A DNA stretch of 61,230 nucleotides, the filler included. It is 6 parts of 6 records of this genome, joined end to end, with 100 filler letters (N's around TTAATTAATTAA, not from the genome) between each part and the next. Parts side by side here need not be neighbours in the genome. Positions count along the whole stretch, not along the records: positions 1 to 7,315 come from SRR31156797_16963; positions 7,416 to 13,135 come from SRR31156797_17001; 4 more parts are not named here. One strand, 5' to 3'. Under the pieces are notes generated by a model that saw nothing but the letters and a program-made list of their open reading frames with translations, was not told the origin of the DNA and did not search any database. Of this stretch, positions 1 to 10,524 are shown one piece after another. Position 1 is the stretch's first letter; each line of letters opens with the position of its first letter. Made by a program: the position numbers and the translations under genes.

Positions 1-4
1 TTCT

Positions 5-2599
5 TTGGATGATATAAACATCAACGACGTTGAATCGGTTGAGGTATTTAAAGATGCTTCATCAACAGCAATTTATGGTGCAAGAGCGTCAAATGGTGTT
101 GTCTATATAACTACAAAAAAAGGGAAAAGAGGCGATGCCGAAATTAAGTTTAATGCATCAGTAGGTATTGCTTCTCCCTGGAAATATATGGACCTAGTGA
201 GTGGTTATGATTATTTGAGATTAACCAGGGAAGCAATAGCCCGATCTCCTAAAGCTTATCTTTTATCAGAAAGAGCAAGAGGTGCTGGTACCGGGAATGA
301 CGAAACTTCGCCATGGAGTACAAGATATCTTTCTGATGGTGAATCCATTCCTGCCGGTTATAAATCAATGATCGACCCTGTAGATGAAAGTAAAACAATA
401 ATCTATCAAGATAATGATTTCCAGAGGATTGCGCTCAGGAATGCCTTAGAGCAGAGCTATTATTTATCAGCTGATGGGGGAACTGATAAAATATTATACT
501 CCGCCGGAATTGGATATGACAATCAGGAAGGGATCTCTATCGGGACAAAATGGGATAGGTTCAGTGGAAGAATGAATGTGGATTTTAATTTGAAGGAGAA
601 CCTGAAATTATCAACTAATGTAAATCATACTACCGGTCATACGAATACCTGGCCTTCTCAGCATGCTATGTTTAGCAGAAGTTTATGGATGGCCCCTACA
701 GCTAGGGTTTATATGGATGATGGTTCTCTGGCTCCCGGATTAAATGCAACATATACAAATCCGCTTTGGTATAACGATGTAAATGATTACGATAAATATT
801 ATTATAAATCTCAATATGGCGCAAGTCTAAACTGGGATATAATGGATGGTCTTACAGCTAAGGTAAATGCCGATTATATGAAATCAAGCTATACAGCAGA
901 ATATTTCTATAAGGCAAATGTATATAGCTCAGCAAGATCAACAAATCTTTCTTACCAACTTACCAAAACTAAACAAATAGAGGGTGTTTTAACATACATA
1001 AAATCATTCGAGAAACATAATTTAAATGCAGTGGTTGGTGGATCTCAAATATATTATGATAACTTAAGTGTGTTTACCGGGGCACAAGGTGGGAGTACTG
1101 ATAAAATACAAACCTTAAATGCCGCCCCAACCCCAACAGATGCATATACATACAGGTCTGACGAAGTTTTACTGGGCTTTTTTGGTCGATTAACTTATGA
1201 TTACAACAAAAAGTATATGGCTTCATTTTCGATACGAAGAGATGCCAGTTCCCGATTTGCAGAAGAGAACAGGGTGGGTTACTTTCCCGGAATTTCAGCA
1301 GGTTGGATGGTTTCTGAAGAATCATTCCTGAAAAGTAACCCAACAATTAATTCATTTAAATTACGATCTAGCTATGGACAAACAGGGAACAATAGCGTTG
1401 GTTTATATGATGCCTGGGGAGAATACTCTGTTGGTTACGATTATGCTTCAGAAGCTGGTACATTCCCTACTTCAATGCCCAATTTTTCTCTTGGTTGGGA
1501 AACAACGAACCAATTCAATATTGGCTTCGATCTCGGACTGTTTGAAAATGACAGAATACTTATTTTAGCGGATTATTACAACAAAATTACTCATGACCTG
1601 CTTTTTGAAACAGACCTCCCCAATACTTCTGGGTTTAGTAGTATACTTTCCAACATCGGTAAAGTAAAATATTACGGTTTCGACCTGGATTTAAAGGTAA
1701 ATATCCTAAAAAAGAACTCTTTCTCATGGGATGTTGATTTTAATATTTCCTATAATAAAAACGAAGTGCTGGAATTGCCCGATAACGGTATGCCACAAAA
1801 CCGAATTGGTGGAGTATATAATCCAACCACAGGCGAAGGAGTAGGTGGAACTGCTGAAGGCGAACCATTGTACCAGTTATATGGATTTAAAGCCGATTTT
1901 ATTATTGATAATTGGGACCAGGCCAATAATGCACATTACGACGTATTTGCCAAAGGTTATAACCCCGAAGATGGAACAACTGTAAAAGGCCGAAAAATTC
2001 CTGGTGATATGGAATGGGTTGATAAAGACGGGGACGATGATATTGATACATATGACCAATTTGTTTTAGGAAATCAAATACCTCACACTGTAGGCGGTTT
2101 TACTAACAACCTGAGATATGAAAATTTTGATTTGAAAATCTTCATGGATTATGCAATTGGACACTCAATTTCAGATAAGGTAATCAGAAGAGCTGACGGA
2201 AATGCTATGGATGGAGTTTACAGGCCTACAACAAATGTTTTATCAGCTTGGAGAGAAATTGGTGATGTAGCAGCAGGAAATGCTACTATGCCAAGGTACG
2301 ACTATCATGATGCGAGTCAGCAAAAGAATATTCACAGAGGAAATTATAATACAAGTTCAACAACATATAGGGGCGATTTCTTATGTATCAGAGAAATTAA
2401 ATTGGGGTATAATGCTCCTGTAAAAATCGCAAATAAAATTGGAATGAGTAGTCTTTATATATTTGCTACAGGACAAAACTTATTCTACTTTACAAAATAC
2501 CCTGGATTTGTTCCTGAATTTCAAGGAGCTGATAACCATCGCGACGGGAATTACCCAATTGCAAGAAAAATTAATATTGGCGTTAAAATCGGATTGTAA
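5..2599 (+). CDS. susC: SusC/RagA-family TonB-dependent receptor (5'-truncated)
   Basis: Plug motif KDASSTAIYGARASNGVVYITTKKG; barrel motifs RDASSRF, WETTNQFNIG, PGDMEWVDKDGD; followed by SusD. Confidence 0.95.
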   Translation: MDDININDVESVEVFKDASSTAIYGARASNGVVYITTKKGKRGDAEIKFNASVGIASPWKYMDLVSGYDYLRLTREAIARSPKAYLLSERARGAGTGNDETSPWSTRYLSDGESIPAGYKSMIDPVDESKTIIYQDNDFQRIALRNALEQSYYLSADGGTDKILYSAGIGYDNQEGISIGTKWDRFSGRMNVDFNLKENLKLSTNVNHTTGHTNTWPSQHAMFSRSLWMAPTARVYMDDGSLAPGLNATYTNPLWYNDVNDYDKYYYKSQYGASLNWDIMDGLTAKVNADYMKSSYTAEYFYKANVYSSARSTNLSYQLTKTKQIEGVLTYIKSFEKHNLNAVVGGSQIYYDNLSVFTGAQGGSTDKIQTLNAAPTPTDAYTYRSDEVLLGFFGRLTYDYNKKYMASFSIRRDASSRFAEENRVGYFPGISAGWMVSEESFLKSNPTINSFKLRSSYGQTGNNSVGLYDAWGEYSVGYDYASEAGTFPTSMPNFSLGWETTNQFNIGFDLGLFENDRILILADYYNKITHDLLFETDLPNTSGFSSILSNIGKVKYYGFDLDLKVNILKKNSFSWDVDFNISYNKNEVLELPDNGMPQNRIGGVYNPTTGEGVGGTAEGEPLYQLYGFKADFIIDNWDQANNAHYDVFAKGYNPEDGTTVKGRKIPGDMEWVDKDGDDDIDTYDQFVLGNQIPHTVGGFTNNLRYENFDLKIFMDYAIGHSISDKVIRRADGNAMDGVYRPTTNVLSAWREIGDVAAGNATMPRYDYHDASQQKNIHRGNYNTSSTTYRGDFLCIREIKLGYNAPVKIANKIGMSSLYIFATGQNLFYFTKYPGFVPEFQGADNHRDGNYPIARKINIGVKIGL

Positions 2600-2608
2600 A
2601 TTTTTAAG

Positions 2609-4096
2609 ATGATTATTATGAAAAAGATAAATATATTTTCGATTATATCATTTATTTTCCTCTTTACATATTGCACTGAGGACTTAAATGTAACTCCGGA
2701 AAGCTTGATCACTGCTCAGTCTATGTGGTCAAATGAAGAAGATGCAGCTTCAGGAGTTTCCGGTATGCTAAACAGTTTTCGTACTGCGTTTAACGAAGAC
2801 TACAGATACCTTTTTTGGTTTGAACTACGTTCGGAAATATGGGATTGGGGTACTATTGGCGAAGATGCTGCAACACAAGGATGGCAAACACTAATGGACA
2901 ATGACCTGGATGCAAGTTCTTCACCGGGGACAAACTGGGAGTACGTATACACAAGTATTAATTCAGCAAACCTTGCTATAAAATATATACCGGATATCGA
3001 ATTCAATTCCGATGATACAAAAAATTATTTGTTGGCACAGGCATATTTTATACGAGCTTATTGTTATTTCATCCTTGCCCGGGTTTATGGAGATGTTCCT
3101 GTCCTGATTGATGGATTTGAATCGGCAGAAGATGAAAGCCTTTTTCCTGAAAGAGACCCTGTTGCAGATGTAATAACACAGGTGAAAACCGATGTTGAGG
3201 AAGGAATAAGTATTTGCCCCGAGAGTGAAACATCCAGAATAAAACCAACAAAGGCTGCATTAAATATGCTAAAAGCCGATGTTTATTTATGGTCTGCCAA
3301 AAGAATGGATGGAGGCAGCAGTGACCTGGAAAGCGCACTTACAGCAGTAAATGCTGTTTTGTCAAATTCAAACTACGAGCTTTTATCTGGTTACGAAGAC
3401 ATTTTTTCTATCGAAAACGAAGAAAATAATGAAATAATATTTTCAATTTATTCCGATCAATTAGAATATGCAACAGACTATTTTACTATAGTAATGATGT
3501 ATTCGCTTTCTGATGTACCTACGGAATATCAAAATAATCCAGTATTAGTGGGAGGAGCTCATCGACTACGCCTTAGCGAATCATTTATAAATGATTTTAT
3601 GGAAAAGGATTCTCGAGATACAAGGGCGGCAGCAATTTATGGAGAGCTTGATCTCCAAACTAAAGATTATATATGGATAAATAAATATGCCGGGGAATGG
3701 GATGGAACCAGATACCTGACATCAAATACAATAATATACCGGTACGCTGAAGCTTTACTGTTTAAAGCCGAAATTTTAAATGCTCAAGGAAAAGGAACTG
3801 AAGCTGTAAATTATTTGAATGAAGTTGCTAAAAGAGCGTATGGTGTGGAAGATTATTATTCATCATCGTTGTCAACCAGCGAAATTGATGATGCGATTTT
3901 GGATGAAAGGCTGATTGAATTTGTAGTGGAAGGAAAATCGTGGTTTGATATAATTAGGTTTGGGCAGGCATTTGAAAGAATTTCTTCGCTTGAGGGAAGA
4001 GAAGATGATAAAGAAGGGAATGTACTTCTTTTTCCAATTGATCCGGAGACAATTACCCAAAATGCTAATATCTCTCAAACAGAAGGATATGAATAA
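2609..4096 (+). CDS. susD: SusD/RagB-family lipoprotein
   Basis: Lipobox-like FTYC; AYFIRAYCYF, YRYAEALLFKAE, ERLIEFVVEGKSWFD motifs; start may be at 2618. Confidence 0.93.
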   Translation: MIIMKKINIFSIISFIFLFTYCTEDLNVTPESLITAQSMWSNEEDAASGVSGMLNSFRTAFNEDYRYLFWFELRSEIWDWGTIGEDAATQGWQTLMDNDLDASSSPGTNWEYVYTSINSANLAIKYIPDIEFNSDDTKNYLLAQAYFIRAYCYFILARVYGDVPVLIDGFESAEDESLFPERDPVADVITQVKTDVEEGISICPESETSRIKPTKAALNMLKADVYLWSAKRMDGGSSDLESALTAVNAVLSNSNYELLSGYEDIFSIENEENNEIIFSIYSDQLEYATDYFTIVMMYSLSDVPTEYQNNPVLVGGAHRLRLSESFINDFMEKDSRDTRAAAIYGELDLQTKDYIWINKYAGEWDGTRYLTSNTIIYRYAEALLFKAEILNAQGKGTEAVNYLNEVAKRAYGVEDYYSSSLSTSEIDDAILDERLIEFVVEGKSWFDIIRFGQAFERISSLEGREDDKEGNVLLFPIDPETITQNANISQTEGYE

Positions 4097-4114
4097 TTGA
4101 AATAATAGGAAATT

Positions 4115-4146
4115 GCATATAGTCGGCGATATCACCGACTATATGC
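4115..4146 (+). terminator. Hairpin / intrinsic terminator or processing stem after susD
   Basis: GCATATAGTCGG-cgatatca-CCGACTATATGC, perfect 12-bp stem followed by a T-rich tract. Confidence 0.75.
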
Positions 4147-4209
4147 TTCTTATTTTTTAGTTTTAAAATTAGAATCGTAAAAAATTGCTGCTAATTAAGC
4201 AACTAAGTT

Positions 4210-5610
4210 ATGAAGATTCAAATCGGTATATTAATAGTCTTATTGTCAATCCTCAGTTTTCAGGTAAAGTCACAGTTTGCTGACAAGCCCAACGTCCTGT
4301 TCATTACCATTGATGATATGAACGACTGGACAACGGTTTTTGATAAAAAAAATCCAATTAAAATCCCCAATATTGAGAAACTCGCTGACAGAGGTGTATT
4401 TTTCAGTGCAGCCTATTGTTCATCGTCAGCATGTAATCCCTCACGGGCTTCTGTAATGACAGGTACACGCCCACATAAAACAGGAATATACGGGAACAGT
4501 TCCGACTGGCGGGGAGCACTTCCAAAAACTAAAACCATACAGCGTTACTTTAAAGAAAACGGGTATTTTGTTTGCGGATCGGGTAAAGTTTTTCACCACC
4601 ATAAAGACTGGGCTTTTCATGACAATGCTTCGTTTGATGAATTCCTGATGATGGCAATAAACGAACCATATCCTGATAAAAAACTAAATGGTTTAGATAA
4701 GTATGGATCACGTAATACTGACTGGGGGGCATGGCCTGGTGATATTGCTAAAACTGCCGACTATAGGACAGCTCAATACGCCATTCAAAAACTGAATCAG
4801 AAGTCTGATAAGCCGTTCTTTCTCAATGTTGGGATTTATAAACCACATTCTCCTTTTTTTGCACCGCAGGAATTTTTTAGCAAATATCCTTCAGAAAATA
4901 TCGTAATGCCTCAAATTCCGGAAGAAGATATGAGTGACCTTCCTGAAGGGGCAAAAAAAATTCTAAAACCAAACAATTGGTTTTGGGATGGTATGGAAAA
5001 AGCCAAACAACAAAGCCCTGATGCTTATCGTGATTATGTTCAGGCATACCAGGCTTGTGCCACGTTTGCTGATGCAATAATTGGAAAAATTGTTGACGCA
5101 TTGGATAAAAGTCCGTATAAGGATAATACGATTATTGTCCTTTGGTCCGATCATGGTTTTCATTTAGGAGAAAAACAACATTTTGAAAAATTTGCTCTTT
5201 GGGAAAAAACAACACACATTCCTTTCATAATTATTGCACCCGGAGTTGCACAATCTGGAACCATTATTGAAAAACCAGTGGATATGACCACTATCTACGC
5301 AACCTTGTGCGAACTTTGCGGGCTTGAGATCCCTGAACATACAGATGGGTTCAGCCTGGTTCCTTTATTAAAAGATGCAACTGTTGAAATTCCGCCTGCA
5401 CTGATGACTTACATGAAGGGCAATCACGCAATTAGGACAGAATGCTGGAGGTACATTCAATATGCAGACGGGACAGAAGAGTTATACGATCATAAAAATG
5501 ACCCGAACGAATGGACCAATTTAGCATGGATGAAAGAATACAAGGGAATAATCGAAGAATTAAAAACATACATTCCAAAAGAAAATGCAGAACAAGTGCC
5601 TGATTTGTAA
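4210..5610 (+). CDS. Formylglycine-dependent sulfatase (iduronate-2-sulfatase-like)
   Basis: PNVLFITIDD, CNPSRAS (CxPxR), SDHGFHLGEK, ELYDHKNDPNEW; signal peptide. Confidence 0.92.
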   Translation: MKIQIGILIVLLSILSFQVKSQFADKPNVLFITIDDMNDWTTVFDKKNPIKIPNIEKLADRGVFFSAAYCSSSACNPSRASVMTGTRPHKTGIYGNSSDWRGALPKTKTIQRYFKENGYFVCGSGKVFHHHKDWAFHDNASFDEFLMMAINEPYPDKKLNGLDKYGSRNTDWGAWPGDIAKTADYRTAQYAIQKLNQKSDKPFFLNVGIYKPHSPFFAPQEFFSKYPSENIVMPQIPEEDMSDLPEGAKKILKPNNWFWDGMEKAKQQSPDAYRDYVQAYQACATFADAIIGKIVDALDKSPYKDNTIIVLWSDHGFHLGEKQHFEKFALWEKTTHIPFIIIAPGVAQSGTIIEKPVDMTTIYATLCELCGLEIPEHTDGFSLVPLLKDATVEIPPALMTYMKGNHAIRTECWRYIQYADGTEELYDHKNDPNEWTNLAWMKEYKGIIEELKTYIPKENAEQVPDL

Positions 5611-6997
5611 TGTTTATGTAATTGCAATACTAGGGGGGCTAATTCTTTTTCAGGGATGTAGCATGATTACGAAACATTCTCCTCCTAATGTTGTAATCAT
5701 TTATGCAGACGACCTGGGGTGGTCAGACATTGGTTGCTACGGTGGTGTTAAGAATCAAACCCCGAATCTTGATAAATTGGTCACAGAAGGGCTCCGGTTT
5801 TCCAATGCTTACGCTGCAGCTCCTATTTGTTCGGCTTCACGTGCATCAATTATGACCGGAAAGAGCCCCGCTCGGTTGAATTTTGAGTTTGTTTCGTCAG
5901 ATAATCGGATTACAGACAAACCACTTCTTCCTCCTAAACGTACGCTTGAGCTCCCTTTGGAAGAAACAACCCTTGGGGAGATAGCTCAAAAAGCAGGATA
6001 CAAAACAGCTTTTTTTGGAAAATGGCACATTGCCAAACACAATGGCGGTTATTTGAAATGGAGCAATACTCATGGTCCTCTTCAGCAGGGGTTTGATGTG
6101 GGAAGTGATAATTTTGGTTCTCATCCGTATGATAAAAAAAACAGAGAAATGGTTTTGCTGCCAGATGGGGAATATCCTGTTGATTCGTTGCTTGTAAAAG
6201 CCATTAACTTTTTGAGGGGGCAGCAGGGAAAACAGAAACCTTTTTTTATGTTCTTTTCAAGTTATTATGTGCATGAACCTGTTATTCCTAATAATTCATG
6301 GTTAATAGAAAAGTATAAAAAGTTGTTGCCTGATGCTTCTGAGAATGAGATAAATTATGCCTCTTTTGTAGAGACTATGGATTATAACTACGGTCAAATT
6401 TTGAAGGCACTTGAAGATTATGGCTTTGGAGAAAATACGCTTGTTATTTTTACTTCCGACAATGGAGGGCATCCCGCCTATACCGACAATACACCTTTAA
6501 ACGGGAACAAATGGACTTTGTACGAAGGAGGCATTCGCGAGCCGTTTATTGTGCGTTGGCCGGGAGTTTTGCCCGAAGAACTAAAGGAATCATCAGTTCC
6601 TGTAATTCAGTGGGACATTTTTCCAACCTTGTGTGAACTATTCAATGAAAATATTGCTGATGACATTGACGGTAAGAGCCTGTTGTCTCTAATTAAGGGG
6701 GAATCATCTTCTTTAAACAGAAATACACTTTATTGGCATTTCCCGTATTATCATCCGTCCATTTCATATGAAGGGACTAAACCTTGTTCTGCAATTCGGG
6801 AAGACAATTATAAGTTGATTTATTTTTTTGAAGATCAGAGAGTTGAATTGTATGATCTTAAAAATGATATTGAAGAGAGAATGGATTTAAGTTCTCAATT
6901 ACCGGAATTGGCAAATCGTTTAAAAGTTAAGTTGTTAAAACAGTTGAATACGGTTGATGCACGGTTTGCAGTGCTTAATCCTGATTTCAGAAAATAG
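5585..6997 (+). CDS. Sulfatase (arylsulfatase A-like), probable lipoprotein
   Basis: PNVVIIYADDLG, CSASRAS (CxAxR), GKWH, SDNGG, YEGGIR; LFQGC lipobox. Confidence 0.92.
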   Translation: MQNKCLICNVYVIAILGGLILFQGCSMITKHSPPNVVIIYADDLGWSDIGCYGGVKNQTPNLDKLVTEGLRFSNAYAAAPICSASRASIMTGKSPARLNFEFVSSDNRITDKPLLPPKRTLELPLEETTLGEIAQKAGYKTAFFGKWHIAKHNGGYLKWSNTHGPLQQGFDVGSDNFGSHPYDKKNREMVLLPDGEYPVDSLLVKAINFLRGQQGKQKPFFMFFSSYYVHEPVIPNNSWLIEKYKKLLPDASENEINYASFVETMDYNYGQILKALEDYGFGENTLVIFTSDNGGHPAYTDNTPLNGNKWTLYEGGIREPFIVRWPGVLPEELKESSVPVIQWDIFPTLCELFNENIADDIDGKSLLSLIKGESSSLNRNTLYWHFPYYHPSISYEGTKPCSAIREDNYKLIYFFEDQRVELYDLKNDIEERMDLSSQLPELANRLKVKLLKQLNTVDARFAVLNPDFRK

Positions 6998-7009
6998 AAT
7001 TCATTAAAA

Positions 7010-7315
7010 ATGGATAAAAATCTCAAAGCAACAATAATACAAATGTTCGTATTGCTGTTTTGCCTAACGGAAATTACCGCGCAAGATCATTTTATTGCAG
7101 GGCGTCCGGATAGAAATGAATCATTTGATGTTTTGCCGGGTTTTCAAAATCCGCCAAAAGGATATGGCGAGGTTCCGTTCTATTGGTGGCAGGGAGATAC
7201 GTTAACTAAAGAAAGAATAGCCTGGCAGTTAGATCAGTTTCAAAATAAATGTATATCCAGTTTACAGATTAATTACAGCCATATTGATAGCGGTGGCATT
7301 TCGTGGGGCTTGTCA
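7010..7315 (+). CDS. Glycoside hydrolase, GH106 (alpha-L-rhamnosidase)-like N-terminus (3'-truncated)
   Basis: Signal peptide then FQNPPKGYGEVPFYWWQGDTLTKERIAWQL, typical of GH106-like N-termini; PUL context. Confidence 0.6.
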
Positions 7316-7415
7316 NNNNNNNNNNNNNNNNNNNNNNNNNNNNNNNNNNNNNNNNNNNNTTAATTAATTAANNNNNNNNNNNNNNNNNNNNNNNNNNNNN
7401 NNNNNNNNNNNNNNN
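7316..7415. other. Artificial contig linker
   Basis: N-run + TTAATTAATTAA (stops in all frames) + N-run. Confidence 0.99.
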
Positions 7416-7748
7416 GGGGAGGTTATCCTCGGCCATCTTTCCAGTATCATCTGCACCAATGGTCTTAATCCAGTTCTTAATCGCATTGTACAGTCCCCAG
7501 TACTTGTCAACTCTGAAGTTGACCGTCATCTGCTTGGGCGTAGTAATTTTTCCGCCAATACGTTCAAGACTCTGCGTCTTGTGTTCAACGGTATAAGTAC
7601 TTACTGAATGCTCAGGGATTTCAACCGTAGTTGCCCGGAGTTTAAGGGAATCCAGATCACTCAGAATTGAGATGGGACTCAGATTCAGCTCCCATTGATT
7701 TCCGAGGGCGTCATCCCCCTGACGATATATTGTATCAATCGTAGTCAT
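7416..7748 (-). CDS. Phage tail tube protein, T4 gp19-like (3'-truncated)
   Basis: Directly downstream of the sheath; LRATTVEIP...GGK...MTVNFRVD...YNAIKNW pattern resembles gp19-family tubes. Confidence 0.75.
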
Positions 7749-7767
7749 GCTTACTTTACCTCTTCAA

Positions 7768-7776
7768 CTTAATAGT
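7768..7776 (-). promoter_or_regulatory. ACTATTAAG motif copy (putative late promoter) upstream of tube gene
   Basis: Identical 9-mer upstream of three phage genes. Confidence 0.6.
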
Positions 7777-7782
7777 CAGAGC

Positions 7783-7800
7783 CCCGGCCCGAGAGCCGGG
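7783..7800 (-). terminator. GC-rich hairpin between sheath and tube genes
   Basis: CCCGGC-ccgaga-GCCGGG just after the sheath stop; no clear U-tract. Confidence 0.45.
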
Positions 7801-7805
7801 TTTGA

Positions 7806-9680
7806 TTAGATGAAGGCCTCCGATATGTCGTATCCGGTGGGCAGGTTGGTCAGGGTGAACAATAGAGTACGAGACTTTCTGGTGAACTTCACAGCTACCT
7901 GAAGTACGAACTCCTCACGATCCCTGACCTCCGCGTTGTTGTTCTCCGCATCACATTTAACGCCGTACCACTCCACACCGTTGAACGGAACGACAGTGAA
8001 GGGGGACATAATGCTGTCCGCCATATTAGCGACCCGGTCACGGTGCGCAGGATCATTCATCTTGACGATCTGAAGGGGTAGGACCTCTGTGACTATTCTC
8101 ATGCGGATAATGTCAGCCATACCGGCGTAGTCGGAGAAGGCATAGTCGTTCATCACCTTCTGGCAAGTCCTGCGGGACTTAATCATGATCCCATAGGCAG
8201 TATCAGCATCAATTGGGTTGATTCCTGCGTCATCCAGCGTTTGTAGGTCATCCTCATCGAGGTCCTTAAGCATCTCTACAACTCTTCCGGAGCCAAGCTG
8301 TCCACCTACACCATTTTCATCCGTCCATGCCACAGCAAGGGCGTTTCTGGAAGTCACACGGGCATCAGCAAACTTGGAAGCAACCTCACCCATCAGGGTC
8401 GATGCTACATTCCCTTCAGTGCTGTAGGGGTTCTGTACGATTCCCCAGTTAAAGAAGACCCTAAGACCTTTATTATCCAAACTCATGGCTTGATAGGTGG
8501 TGATAGCCTCATCCACATCGAGCAGAGGGAGGGGGAACAGGTAGGGGATATAAACTTGCGCACCAGATCGCATCTCATTGAATTTAGTAGGGATCGCAGG
8601 ATCGGCAGTAGCATCGTAAACGACATCAACTGCATACTTCTTGTTCTTCAGGAAGTCATACCCGGCTACCAGATCTGCACCAGTAGCTTTTGCACCTCTT
8701 ACCCCACCTGCAAAGGCCACGTATGTGGAGGTATTTGTAAAGCCACTGAGATCTTCTTCAGTACTTACAATGGTCACTGTGAAGAAATCGGATTTCAGGG
8801 CGTTCAGGATATAGTCGCTGACACCGAACCCATCCACTGAAGCGGGGTCAAGGGATACTGTCTTGGGGTAGCCCTTTAACAGGCCAAATGCACCATAGGA
8901 GTCTTCCCGAGCTACGCTGATGCTGAACTTCATGGTAGTGCTGTCATAGACTACCTTAACTCCCAGGTCATCCTTCTGAGGGGCGATGGTGTTGAGTACA
9001 GCGATGATACCGTCATTGCTCATATCCAGTCCCATTGAATAAGTCAGGACTGCACCCGCAGGTACTGGATCTGCAAAGGTGATGGTCAGCTCACCAGTGT
9101 TTGTCTTTAAAGAGCCAGCCAGACCTGAGTAATCTCCAGAAGCGACAGTGATATTCTCCTGATCGGAAACAGCGCTAAAGGTCAGCGGCTCGACGGACTC
9201 ACCATTCACAAACAGTTTCAGGGATTTGGCAACATACTTTTCATACTCAGGGACTGTTACTGAAAATGAAGTTAAAGTTCCATTTCCTTTACCCAGTGAA
9301 CCAAGAGCAACTACGTTGGTTAGATCAGTGAAATCAGTATTGGGAGCCAGTCCGGCAGGGAAACTACTAACACCAGTCTTTTTGATGAATACTCCTCCAA
9401 GTCTACCTCCGGCACCCTGAGGGGCGGAGATGAAGAGGGTATATTTTTGGTTGTACTGTAGAGCTTCCAGTAAGGCCATATTGTCCTTATTGGGAGTCCC
9501 GAAGTTTTGGATTATCCGGTTAGTTTCACCGGGGCTGAACTTAATAGGAGTGATTCCTCCCTTGGGTGCATCCACAACGGTAAAACCTTTTCCGGTGGGA
9601 GTGTCTGTGAGCACTTTAGCTGTTCTGTTGTCCTCACGATCTTGAATTCTCCAGTTGTTCGACACGGTAAACTTCTCCAT
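7806..9680 (-). CDS. Phage contractile tail sheath protein
   Basis: C-terminal sheath signatures LDDAGINPI and VKCDAENNNAEVRDREEFVLQVAVKF; N-terminal NFGTP; 624 aa; next to tube gene. Confidence 0.9.
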   Translation of the reverse strand: MEKFTVSNNWRIQDREDNRTAKVLTDTPTGKGFTVVDAPKGGITPIKFSPGETNRIIQNFGTPNKDNMALLEALQYNQKYTLFISAPQGAGGRLGGVFIKKTGVSSFPAGLAPNTDFTDLTNVVALGSLGKGNGTLTSFSVTVPEYEKYVAKSLKLFVNGESVEPLTFSAVSDQENITVASGDYSGLAGSLKTNTGELTITFADPVPAGAVLTYSMGLDMSNDGIIAVLNTIAPQKDDLGVKVVYDSTTMKFSISVAREDSYGAFGLLKGYPKTVSLDPASVDGFGVSDYILNALKSDFFTVTIVSTEEDLSGFTNTSTYVAFAGGVRGAKATGADLVAGYDFLKNKKYAVDVVYDATADPAIPTKFNEMRSGAQVYIPYLFPLPLLDVDEAITTYQAMSLDNKGLRVFFNWGIVQNPYSTEGNVASTLMGEVASKFADARVTSRNALAVAWTDENGVGGQLGSGRVVEMLKDLDEDDLQTLDDAGINPIDADTAYGIMIKSRRTCQKVMNDYAFSDYAGMADIIRMRIVTEVLPLQIVKMNDPAHRDRVANMADSIMSPFTVVPFNGVEWYGVKCDAENNNAEVRDREEFVLQVAVKFTRKSRTLLFTLTNLPTGYDISEAFI

Positions 9681-9698
9681 TTAAAAGGTTTCTTACCT

Positions 9699-9707
9699 CT
9701 TAATAGT
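9699..9707 (-). promoter_or_regulatory. ACTATTAAG motif copy upstream of sheath gene
   Basis: Same 9-mer, running into a GAGGT Shine-Dalgarno. Confidence 0.6.
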
Positions 9708-9744
9708 GAGAAAGAAAGGGGAAGCTTAATTCTGTTGAATTTGG

Positions 9745-10515
9745 TTACACAGCGGGGGCCGTCTGTGTCCACTGCATGACTTCTTCGCCGTCAATTTCCT
9801 TGAGAACCCCTTCATAGGTCTCGGAAAAGGGACCATCTGTACTGACGCCGATACCAGTTGCGAAGTCCAAGATAGTCTTCTTTGGGATAGAGACATCATA
9901 GTTGTCGAGTATTAAATAGGTTTCCAGAGTGACATCGAGGCGGTTCGCGATCATTTTGTTTTTCTGAAGGAAGGAGTTCTCGTTATACTCTTCAAGTGGG
10001 TTAAGGTTGTAGCCTACAACGCCTATACTATCGATCCTATAACCGTCAATCTCTAAGGACGGTTTGAGGAGAGTCTCGTTGTTATCATCGAAGAAGAGAG
10101 TATGAATCGCGTAGTGCATATCGATGTCTTTGTGCACATAGATGACCGCATCAAAGTCCAAAGTAATAGGAATGTATTTGATAGTGCGCTTCAACTCTGG
10201 AACGAATACACCTCTTACGGAGGCTACATGATTCCACCATCGACGTGACGCACCATCCTTGAGCCCTTTGAGGTGAAAGTTCATGAAAGGTAAGTCTAGA
10301 TTCGACGAACCAGTCTGCCTGCACCGCTCCCTGAACGCAAAATCAGTGGAGGCATATACGATACGAGAGTAATCACCACCAAACAGCATATTTGCATAGT
10401 GAGACCACACAGCGATGATGGATGCATGTATGGTGTTTCGGAAGGTTTTGGTTTCAGCGCCCCAGTACTGCGACTTTGCCTGTCTGGAAATGGTGGTCAA
10501 ATCTACTTTTTTCAC
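9745..10515 (-). CDS. Putative tail terminator / sheath completion protein (T4 gp15-like)
   Basis: Immediately upstream of sheath; LPFMNF...PITLDFDAVIY pattern reminiscent of gp15; 256 aa. Confidence 0.55.
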   Translation of the reverse strand: MKKVDLTTISRQAKSQYWGAETKTFRNTIHASIIAVWSHYANMLFGGDYSRIVYASTDFAFRERCRQTGSSNLDLPFMNFHLKGLKDGASRRWWNHVASVRGVFVPELKRTIKYIPITLDFDAVIYVHKDIDMHYAIHTLFFDDNNETLLKPSLEIDGYRIDSIGVVGYNLNPLEEYNENSFLQKNKMIANRLDVTLETYLILDNYDVSIPKKTILDFATGIGVSTDGPFSETYEGVLKEIDGEEVMQWTQTAPAV

Positions 10516-10524
10516 ATAGTCCTC

